Positions 1 through 9,196 of a stretch of 64,000 bases of DNA are shown piece by piece. Positions within the stretch are counted from its first letter, which is position 1. The number at the start of each line of letters is the position of its first letter. The DNA is taken from the NCBI GenBank assembly GCA_030324005.1, contig JARDVH010000140.1, forward strand, positions 32,398,862-32,462,861, given 5' to 3'. The translations under genes were made by a program, and so were the position numbers. The stretch comes from Negaprion brevirostris. Its lineage: Eukaryota. A model generated the notes under the pieces. It was not told the DNA's origin and searched no databases. It was given only the letters and a program-made list of their open reading frames with translations.

Positions 1-660
1 GCCCGGCTGCACTCGGCCTTGCAGGCCCCCAGCGCCGCCCATCGACGTGTCATTCATCGTCAGCCCGCCCCCAAGCTGTCAGTCAGGCCCTCAGCCCCGC
101 CCATTGAGCTGTCAATCAGTGGTCCGGCCCCGCCCTCGGCACGCTCTGCCCAGGGGAGGGAGGCAGAGGCTCTCAGTCCCGGTGGGTGATCAGTCTTGTG
201 GACGGTTGGTGGGAGACGTTGTGGGATCGAAGCTTTGCGAGAGCCGGCTCGGCCCAGCGGGGGAGCCCGGTTGTGGTGGCTGGCTCGGAGAGGGGAGGGG
301 CGGGCGGGCAGCCTGCTGCCAGGTGAGCCGGTGCCGGTGAGAGCGCGTCCGCACCGCCCTCGCTCCCTCCCCGGGTCGGGGTGCAGCATGCCCGCGGCGG
401 GCCCCCCAGCCCAGCCCGCATCATGAGGAGCGCAGCGCTGCTGCTGGCTCTGCAATGGCTGTGGAGCGCGGCGCTGGCGGCGGCCAGACCCGAGGTCGAG
501 TCGGCAGCTGCGGCGGCGGAGACGGTGGCGGAGATCGAGGTGCTTCAATATCGGCCCAGTCACAACGGGGCGCTGAGCAACAGCACCCTCCGCCTGCACG
601 GACACTTCGCCGGGGCCGGCATGAGGGTGGCAGCGGAGGGCAAACTGCTGCAGGTAAGTG
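1..660. promoter_or_regulatory. CpG island / GC-rich promoter and 5' UTR of the RNF43-like gene
   Basis: Very GC- and CpG-rich compared with the AT-rich, CpG-poor rest of the window. CCGCCC (Sp/KLF) boxes at 35, 65, 97 and 130; TGANTGACA motifs on the - strand at 47-56, 76-85 and 109-118. Overlaps the first coding exon. Confidence 0.85.
423..653 (+). CDS. rnf43: First coding exon of an RNF43/ZNRF3-family transmembrane RING E3 ligase (signal peptide + N-terminal part of the PA ectodomain), most likely RNF43
   Basis: ATG at 423 (A at -3) encodes MRSAALLLALQWLWSAALAAA (signal peptide) ... VAEIEVLQYRPSHNGALSNSTLRLHGHFAGAGMRVAAEGKLLQ, then a perfect donor CAG|GTAAGT at 653/654. 231 nt = 77 codons, phase 0. 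Matches remembered human RNF43 ...LEGVFAG...PAEGKLMQ| and ZNRF3 ...LTGRFSRAG...SAEGEIVQ|, whose exons end at the same residue before a large intron. AEGKL and FAG favour RNF43. Confidence 0.85.
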
Positions 661-683
661 GGAGACAGGACTGTATACAACAT

Positions 684-1140
684 GTGGGCACTGGGAATGT
701 GGGAAGAGGGAAAGTGAGCACTGGAAAAGTGGGAGTAGGGAATGTAGGCACTGGGAAAGTGGGAATAAGGAAAGTGAACACTGGAAAAGTGGAAATGTGG
801 GCACAGAGAGAGTGGGAAAAGGGGAAATGATCACTGGGAATGTGGGCACTGCGAAAGCGATTGTTGGCACTGGAAAAGTAAGAATATGGGTACTGGGACC
901 GTGTGGGAATAGAGAAAGGAGGACTGGGAATGTGGACACTGCGAATGTGGGAATAGAAAAAGGAGGGTTGGGAGTGTGGGTACTGGGAATGTGGGAATAG
1001 AGAAAAGAGAACTGGGAATGTGGGCATTGGGGCAAGTGAGGACTAGGCAAGTGGAGATCGGGACAGTGAGGACCGGGAAAGTCTGGAAAAGTAGGAGTGA
1101 GGAAAGTGAAAATTGAGAAAATGGAATGCGAAAGTGGTGC
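684..1140 (+). repeat. Purine-rich minisatellite, ~15-bp unit (GTGGGCACTGGGAAT / GTGGGAATAGGGAAA variants, alternating)
   Basis: Repeated gtgggcactgggaat / gtgggaa-like units visible directly; they produce the repetitive VGTGK/PTFPV pseudo-ORFs in the ORF track. Confidence 0.85.
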
Positions 1141-2214
1141 AATTAAGGGAAGGTAGTTCTTTGATAGTGAATGAAAGCTGAACGCACTGCAAGAGATCTC
1201 ATGAGAAAATAGTAAAATTAGATGGCATTATATGTGGAGACTGAGTACCTGTGATGAAATAAATCAGTGCTAGATGTACAGGGAGTGGAGACTGAATAAT
1301 GTTTCAGATGTATACGATGAGACCTCCGATGTTTGAGAAACATCTCAAGTTTTTCAACTTGTAGAAACTATTCGATGTGTTAAGAGGAGTCATTTGAAGT
1401 CATGCAGAGTAGTAAAGCAATCACTTTTTGATAGTATTCTGATGAACACTTTTAATGCCAAGCTTTTTAAAGTCAACATACTGGCCATAGTAACTCCAAC
1501 AGACAGTGCACTCAGGGAGCTACTTGTTTGGGATGCTTACTATTACTGCAAATGTTGCACATTTGGATAATTGCAACATTGTAAGAAAGGTATGGAAAGT
1601 TAGCATTCCACATCCAAGACGCACTGACAATCAGTAGTATTGACTAAGTCTGGAGAATCTTGTATTACCATTGGCCGATAGGTAAATTTACTTGGATCAA
1701 TTAATTTATAACATTCAGTTTAAAACAACTTGGGGGGATTTTCATTGTTTCAGGAGGACGCCAGGAGAGGACAAAATATAGAAATCTGAAATAGTAGAAC
1801 AAGCGAAGATCCATAGTACTCTATTTCTGCCTAGTCAGCCTTATAAACCGAGAAAATAGCAAGTTTGCTCTCCCCTACGACTGACATTCTAATTAACTAA
1901 TTTCAGTCAACTTGATGTTTGAAGTCTCATATTCACTGGGAGAAGAGGAAGAAAGCCAGTTGGAGTCACTATTTTATGACCTCCATTGAAAAGTATGAGT
2001 GTGGCCATTGATGAGGACAAGATTCTGCTTGACTCATGTTCTGTGGGTCAATAGCCTGCCAACACTCACTGCTTCCACTTGCTCATGAATCGTGCCCAGG
2101 ATTGGGGATTGCTGGCATTGTGAAGTTGTGCCCTAGAAGAACTCAAAGCCATTAGGGGAGGAGGGATGACATTTGTCTTTTTTAAATATAATCATTGCAT
2201 GGAGAATGGTGCCA

Positions 2215-2410
2215 CCGGACTTGAGTACTGTGTACAGTTTTGATCCCAGAACCTCATGAAGAGGGGGCAACAGCAAAAATGTTCTAAACTGACTCCTGGA
2301 ATGAGGTTATGATTGTATTGGGAGTTTGGAAAGAAGAGAGGTAATCTCGTTGGAACATATAAAATTCGGAAATTCAGGTAGTTACTGGGAGGATGTTTTC
2401 TCCTGGCTGA
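2215..2410 (+). mobile_element. Degraded CR1-clade LINE fragment (ORF2 C-terminal region)
   Basis: cttgagtactgtgtacagttttg (LEYCVQF) and gagaggtaatctcgttggaacatataaaatt (RGNLVGTYKI, cf. CR1 RGDLIExYKI). Confidence 0.6.
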
Positions 2411-2881
2411 TAATTTCTTAGGAAATGTGTCTACTGCTGCTGAGATAAATGGTTTACAAACTTGCCATATTTTATAAGCTTATGTAATGGCCAAGTATGG
2501 CGAGGTAGCATTTTGATATTTGGCAGATCTTTGATCTGACTTTGATCAGCTATGCTTGATCTTGTTGAATGTTGACGTTGCTGTGTGGAATGAGAAACAG
2601 TTTTAAGCAAGGTCCCTGCATTTTCTCAGATGCATTCATTCTGCACATTTACTCCATGGAAATATTTTATTCACCCAGTGATTATTTGTAGGATGTGTTC
2701 ACAAATAAATGTTGCTCTTGGAATCCAAGTGGTTTTATTGGTGATGCTGTAGTAAGCCTGCTCTAACTAATTGATTAATATGATCTAACTTTATCATGCT
2801 TGGAGTCATCAAGTTATTTTTGTTTCCATATTTTCATGGTGTTGGGAGTTTTATAGGTGAAGCCACCATAGGTTTTTCAAC

Positions 2882-3080
2882 CTATGACCAAAGGTTTCTC
2901 TCCCCTTTGAGGGAGGGAGCTAACTGGTGGTGATTTAACCTGAGGATCCCCACACCTAAGGCGAAGGGCACGATTGGAAAAGCAGGGCCTTCATGAATAA
3001 TCTGAGCCACCACAGGAATTGAACCTGTGCTGTTGGCGTTGCTCTGAATCTCAACCAGGCTGTCCAACCAACTGAGCTAA
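2882..3080 (-). mobile_element. tRNA-derived SINE
   Basis: Minus strand starts TAGCTCAGTTGG (A box), followed by GGTTCAATTCC (B box) and a non-tRNA body; no tRNA acceptor stem closure. Confidence 0.7.
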
Positions 3081-3429
3081 ACTGGCATTGGGAGTTATAC
3101 CGGGCAGGTGACGGCAGAGAGTTCTTTATATGTGAAACATAACTTGCTATAATAGTCTTCTCACATCAATGAGCATGAAGAATATCATAAGTGCATTCTA
3201 TCTTTTACTTACTTAGCACTAATGCATTATCCAACAGGAGTCACTAGGTAGCAGTCAGCAGCAGGAAATTTATCTGATTTTACCCCACCTTCCAACGTTT
3301 GGTTTAGGGTTGGACCAATTTCATTAACCCATTGCTACCCCAGTTGGGATCATCTTACCCAGTACAGGACAAGGAATCTGAATCATTCATGCAGTTGGAT
3401 TACCATGCCAAATCTTGCATAAAGCCACA

Positions 3430-6262
3430 AAGAACATAACAACTTGGAGCAGGAGTAGGCCATTTGGCCCATCGAGCCTACTCCACCATTTGATAAAGTC
3501 ATGGCTGATCTTTTTGTGGACTCAGCTCCTCTTATCCATTCACTTACCATAACCCTTAAATCCTTTACTGATCAAAAATTTATCTATCCTTGCCTTAAAA
3601 ACACTAAATGAGGTAGCCTTAACTGCTTCATTGGGCTAGGAATTCCAGAGATTCACAAGCCTTTGGGTGACGAAGTTCCTCCTCAACGCGGTACTAAATC
3701 TGCTCCCCCTTATTTTGAGGCTATGTGCCGTAGTTCTAGTTTCACCTGCCAGTGGAAAGAACTTCCTGTTTTTCTCTTATCTGTTCCCTTCATAATTTTA
3801 TAAGCTTCTGTAAGATCTCCCCTCATTCTTCTGAATTCCAGTGAGTATAGTCCCAGTCTACTCAGTCTCTCCTTATAAGCCAACCCTCTCAACTCTGGAA
3901 TCTACTTAGTGAATCTCCTCTGCACACCCTCCAGTGCCAGTGTATCCTTTCACAAGTAAGGAGACCAAAACTGTACACAGTACTTCAGGTGTGACTTCTC
4001 CAGCACCTTATACAGCTGCAACATAACCTTGCTGTTTTTGAACTCCATCCCTTTAGCAATGAAGGACAAAATTCCATTTGCTTTCTGCCCTGCAAACCAA
4101 CTTCTTGTGATTCATGCACAAGGACACCCAGGTCCCTCTGCACAACAGTATGCTGCAATTTTTTACTATTCAAATAATAGCCCATTTTGTTGTTATTCCT
4201 ACCAAAATGGATGACCTCACATTTACCAACATTATACTCCATCTGCCAGACGCTTGCCCATTCAGTTTGACAATCTGTATCCCTGTGCAGATTTTCAACG
4301 TGCTCTGCACACTTTGCTCTGCCACTTATCTTAGTGTCATCTGTGAATTTTGACATACTACAGTTGGTCCCCAACTGAAATCATCTCTGTAAATTTTAAA
4401 CAATTGTGGTCCCAATACTGATCCCTGAGGCACACCACTAGTCACTGCCAACCAGAAAAACATGCATTTAAAGTTTATTTATTAGNNNNNNNNNNNNNNN
4501 NNNNNNNNNNNNNNNNNNNNNNNNNNNNNNNNNNNNNNNNNNNNNNNNNNNNNNNNNNNNNNNNNNNNNNNNNNNNNNNNNNNNNNNNNNNNNNNNNNNN
4601 NNNNNNNNNNNNNNNNNNNNNNNNNNNNNNNNNNNNNNNNNNNNNNNNNNNNNNNNNNNNNNNNNNNNNNNNNNNNNNNNNNNNNNNNNNNNNNNNNNNN
4701 NNNNNNNNNNNNNNNNNNNNNNNNNNNNNNNNNNNNNNNNNNNNNNNNNNNNNNNNNNNNNNNNNNNNNNNNNNNNNNNNNNNNNNNNNNNNNNNNNNNN
4801 NNNNNNNNNNNNNNNNNNNNNNNNNNNNNNNNNNNNNNNNNNNNNNNNNNNNNNNNNNNNNNNNNNNNNNNNNNNNNNNNNNNNNNNNNNNNNNNNNNNN
4901 NNNNNNNNNNNNNNNNNNNNNNNNNNNNNNNNNNNNNNNNNNNNNNNNNNNNNNNNNNNNNNNNNNNNNNNNNNNNNNNNNNNNNNNNNNNNNNNNNNNN
5001 NNNNNNNNNNNNNNNNNNNNNNNNNNNNNNNNNNNNNNNNNNNNNNNNNNNNNNNNNNNNNNNNNNNNNNNNNNNNNNNNNNNNNNNNNNNNNNNNNNNN
5101 NNNNNNNNNNNNNNNNNNNNNNNNNNNNNNNNNNNNNNNNNNNNNNNNNNNNNNNNNNNNNNNNNNNNNNNNNNNNNNNNNNNNNNNNNNNNNNNNNNNN
5201 NNNNNNNNNNNNNNNNNNNNNNNNNNNNNCCATTAACTTGCCCAACACTACCTCTTTTGTGATAATGATGGTTTCTCAGTCCTTGCATGCCATAGCTGCC
5301 TTGTCATCAATTTTTGGCATGTTATTTGTGTCTTCCATTATGAAAACTGACACAGGATAACTGGTCAATGCCTCAGCCATTTATTTCCTCATTTCCAATT
5401 ATTACATCCCTCTTCCCATACTCTATAGGACCAATGTTTATTTTAACCACTCTTTTTCATTTTATATGTTTGTAGAAACATTTGCTGTCTGTTTTTATAT
5501 TCTGAGCTAGTTAACCCTCATAATCCATCTTACTTTTCTTTGTAGCTTTCTTCGTAGCTTTCTGTTGACATTTAAAGATTCCCCAATCCTCTTGTTTCCC
5601 ACTAATTTTTGCCCCTTTGTATGCATTTTCTTTCAATTTGATGCCTTTCTTTATTTCCTTCGATATCTATGGCCGATTATCTCTTTTTTCTACAGTCCTT
5701 CCTTATCGCTGGTATATACTTTTGCTGAGCACTAAAAAATAAAATTGTTTTGGAAGTCCTCCACTGTGCCTCAATTGTCCTACCATAAGTTCTTGTTCCC
5801 AGTCTACCTTAGCCAACTCCTCCCTCATCCCATTGTAATCTCCAGGTGTAGTATCAACAAACTGCACTTGGTTGAAGTCATGAGGTTACGTTGACGCTTC
5901 ATTTGAAGCAATTTCTAAAGCGGTGTCTCGGCCTTTTGGCTAAGATGCAAATGAGATCAAATGTTGGCGAAGGGCATTGCCTGCTCCAATCAGCTTGGGT
6001 CATGTAGACGAAGCTCAAGACAGGAAGTAGGAAGCTGTCTTGTCAGCTTGGATCTGGAATGTCTCACTTGCTGAGACTTTGAAATGGACTTTGACTGGAT
6101 TGAATTGGATAGATAAACAAAATAAAACTCCCTCATTCCCTGTAGTCTCCGTTGTTTAAGCACAAGACACTGGTATTGGATTTTACCTTCTCGTGCTCCA
6201 TCTATTTTAAATTCAACCATACTGTGATCGCTCCTTCTGAGACAATCCCTAATTGTAAGAGC
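3430..6262 (-). mobile_element. CR1-clade (HER1-like) LINE, ORF2 reverse transcriptase and 3' tail; interrupted by an N gap and by the U2-derived insert
   Basis: SKFTDDTKISG...WQMEYNVGKCEVIHFG (3985-4374) and LGLYSLEFRRMRGDLTEAYKIMKG (3710-3892) are typical CR1 RT motifs. 3' tail aagaacataa...ggagcaggagtaggcc at 3430. Frameshifts and stops present. Confidence 0.9.
5844..6127 (+). mobile_element. U2 snRNA-containing short retroposon with A-rich tail and degenerate 23-24-bp TSD
   Basis: TCTCGGCCTTTTGGCTAAGAT (5926-5946) = U2 nt 7-27 exactly; GTGTAGTATC (5846-5855) = U2 nt 31-40; ends agataaacaaaataaaa; flanked by ctccctcatcccattgtaatctcc (5820-5843) and ctccctcattccctgtagtctcc (6128-6150). Confidence 0.75.
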
Positions 6263-6619
6263 TAGGTTAATTGACCATTATTATAATTGAATAGCTGCAT
6301 AATTTAGTAAATATGAAGTTTTGTATTAGTTAGAAATTATGGAAATGTAGTTGTCATCAAAACAAACTGGTTTTGTTGGAAAGTGAGTAGATGAGTTAAT
6401 TTCCTTACCATGCTATAAAATGCTCTATAGAGGTGGGAATCCTATTAAACACTGGTGTGTTGTCTGCTTACTATTGTGAGATGTTAGCTGGCAGTCTGTG
6501 GATAGGGTGCTTTGAGATGGACTCTTCCACCTGCTGCAGCGATATCAAGCAAATTCTTGCACTCCACAACCTTTGATTGTTATGAACTAAGAATGTCAGA
6601 ACTCAACTAAATGAACAGT

Positions 6620-8050
6620 ATAAGAATGTTTAAAAAAAAGAGCGGGAGAAGGTCAATAGTCCTCTTGATCCTACTCTACTCTACCATTCAGTAACAACAT
6701 GGTTGATTTTCTACTGACAGCTTCTGCACTACTCCCCTATCCTTTAATTCCTTCAGTATCAAAAATCTATTGATCCCTGACTTGCATTTACTCAGTAAGA
6801 ACCAGTCCAACGCTGGCATCTCCACATTGCTGCAGTTACTCAACAACTGAGCATCCATAGCCTTCTAGAGAATTCCAAAAGTTTACCATGCTTTGGGGAA
6901 AGAAATTTTACCACACATAGTTCCTAAACTGGTCAACTTCTTATTCTGACATTGTGACTTCTTGACTCCTCAGCTAGGCTGAACATGCTCCTAGTATCTT
7001 CCTGAATTTTATATGTTTCAGTGAGATACTGCTTTTTTTTCTAAACTCTAGGGAATATCGATCCAGTCTCCACAATCGCTACCAATAGCACTATCTTCTC
7101 ATTGCAGGAATTAGTTTCAAAAACGTATGCTGTACGCACTCAAGTGCAAGTATACCCTCTCTGAGTTTAGGAGACCAAAAACTATAAACAGTACTTGAGG
7201 CTCCATCCATTTACTGATGGACTACAGTAAAATTTCTTTACCCTCTTTCTCTAATCCCCTTGCAGTAAAGACTAACTTTTCATTTTTTTCATATTAGCTT
7301 GTGAAATTACTTTCTGTAGTTCACGTACAAGGACATTCAGATCCCTCTGAATGTCGCCACTTCCCAATCTCTCGTCGGTTTAAAAAAAATTGCTCTTTTT
7401 TTCCTGAAGTGGATAACTTCACATTACTGTGCATCTGTTACATCCTTGCCCACTCACCTATCCTCTCTAGATCGTTTTGCAGCCACTTTACATCTGCCTC
7501 ACAGCTTACTTTCCCATTTAGCTTTGTATCATCAGCAAACCTAGATCTGTTACACTTGATTTCTTCATCTGAGCCATTGGTGTAAATTGTAAAATGCTGA
7601 GGTCCAGCACACCGATTCTTGCAGTCTGTTAACCTGGAAATGTCCCACTTAGTCCTACTTAATATCTTCTGTCTGTTAATCAAGGCTGATGCATCACCCC
7701 CATTCAATCCCATACATCCTAATTTTGTGTAATAACCTCTTGCATGACACGTTATTGAATGCCTTTTGAAAATCTGAAAACACAAAATCCACAAGTTTCT
7801 CTCTCTCTCACTCTCTCCTACTGCTTAGAACTTTGCAAAACACTTAGCAGATTTGTCAAACACAAGTTCCTTTTTATGAATCGGTGTTGATTTTGTCCAA
7901 CCCCATATTGTTATTTTCAAAATGGTTCTGTGCTGCCCTGATCTCAGGCTGCCTATTATCCCTGTTTTCCCTCTCCTTTCTCGAAACAACAGAATTACAT
8001 TGGCAATCCATAGGGGCTATTCTAGAATGCAGGGGATTGTAAAAGATGAA
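6620..8050 (-). mobile_element. Older CR1-clade LINE fragment
   Basis: GPQHFTIYTN...SRFADDTKLNGKVSCEADVKWLQNDLERIGEWA (7438-7794) is the CR1 RT core; degraded 3' tail near 6620. Confidence 0.85.
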
Positions 8051-8185
8051 GAGCAATGGATGTTTGGGAAAGATGTGGCTAAGTTAACCTTACGTACCAT
8101 ATCGCTGAACTTTTTGAGGCATATCAAAGTTGGAAGGTTGTTTAGCTACACTGATCTGTGGAGGTAGCAATTGCCAATGGTAACT

Positions 8186-8540
8186 TGGCTCAGTTCATAG
8201 CACGCAAAGCGACATGAAGTTCTTCACTCCAGGGCACCTGTACACTTCTAGACACACAATTGTCAATACCATATAGTTGGAGGTGCTGTCTTCAAATGAA
8301 AGTGAGTGTAATGTACCATATGGCATCTTTTTAAATATGAGAAAAGGGTTTTAAATGCTCTACAACTTTCTTCCCTGGGCTAACACTACCAAATATATTA
8401 ACTGGTCATTCAACACATTTCCTACTTACGAGACCATGCTGTGTCAAGTTTGCTTGCCTACTTGACAAGTAATTTGGTTGTGACAGCACCTTGAGACACC
8501 CTAAGGAGCTCCCTAAAGCGTTGTGTGTATATAAAGGTTC
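8186..8540 (+). mobile_element. SacSINE1/DeuSINE-like SINE, degraded
   Basis: tRNA-like head tggctcag...tagcac, central ttggaggtgctgtcttcaaatga, tail aagcgttgtgtgtatataaaggttct; similar to the better preserved copy at 58619-59040. Confidence 0.55.
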
Positions 8541-8624
8541 TTACAATCCTAAAAGAATTGCCTTTTGCAGTCACTGAGTGCTGAGTGTACTTGGTTCTCT
8601 CATGTATGACCTGAATGCAACCCA

Positions 8625-9196
8625 GGCAGCATAGTGGCACAGTGGATAGCACTGTTGACTCTCAGCACCAAGAACCTGATTCCCAACTTGAGGCACTGTC
8701 TGTGTGAAGTCTGCATGTTCCCCCTGTGTATGCGTGGATTTAACATAAGAACATAAGAAATAGGAGCAGGAGTAGGCCATGTAGCCCTTCGAGCCTGCCC
8801 CGCCATTCAATAANNNNNNNNNNNNNNNNNNNNNNNNNNNNNNNNNNNNNNNNNNNNNNNNNNNNNNNNNNNNNNNNNNNNNNNNNNNNNNNNNNNNNNN
8901 NNNNNNNNNNNNNTAGTTTAAAGCCCTGTCTACAGTCCTATTTACACGATTCGCCAGGACTGTGGTCCCAGCACGGTTCACGCCAACCCCATCCCACCTG
9001 AACAGGTCCTATTCCTCTGAGTACGCCAGTGTCCTCCCATACTCCAGAGGTGTACAGGCTATAGTGATTGGCAATGCAAAATCGCCCCCTTAGTGTCAAG
9101 GGGGCTAACAGGATAAATATGTAGGGTTACAGGGATAGGGTCTGGGTGCAGACTCGATAGGCTGAATAGCCTCCTCCTGCACTGTAGGATTCTATG
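8625..9196 (+). mobile_element. HE1-like V-SINE split by a nested CR1 insertion
   Basis: Head ggcagcatagtggcacagtggatagcact at 8625; body stops near 8740 and resumes near 9033 (ctcccatactccagagg...), ending ctgtaggattctatga. Confidence 0.8.
8742..9030 (-). mobile_element. Young CR1 LINE spanning a 100-N gap (3' tail left of the gap, ORF1 esterase C-terminus right of it)
   Basis: aacataagaacataagaaataggagcaggagtaggcc tail, nearly identical to the copy at 27507. Minus strand of 8914-9010 reads DLFRWDGVGVNRAGTTVLANRVNRTVDRALN*, like the CR1 ORF1 SGNH-esterase end (DGxHLNxxGxxxLA). Confidence 0.75.

Noticed and set aside
47-1142. Several long overlapping ORFs on both strands
   Set aside because: Expected from high GC content and a stop-poor 15-bp repeat; only 423-653 has protein-family and splice support.
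2990-3080. tRNA gene (also the tRNA-like heads at 37400-37462 and 40487-40560)
   Set aside because: A and B boxes are present, but there is no cloverleaf closure and each continues into a SINE body.
4475-5288. Long ORFs made of X residues (also near 10470, 12490 and 60048)
   Set aside because: Artefacts of translating N runs.
5926-5964. Functional U2 snRNA gene
   Set aside because: Only the 5' ~30 nt match; no colinear Sm site or 3' stem-loops, and it sits in a TSD-flanked insert.
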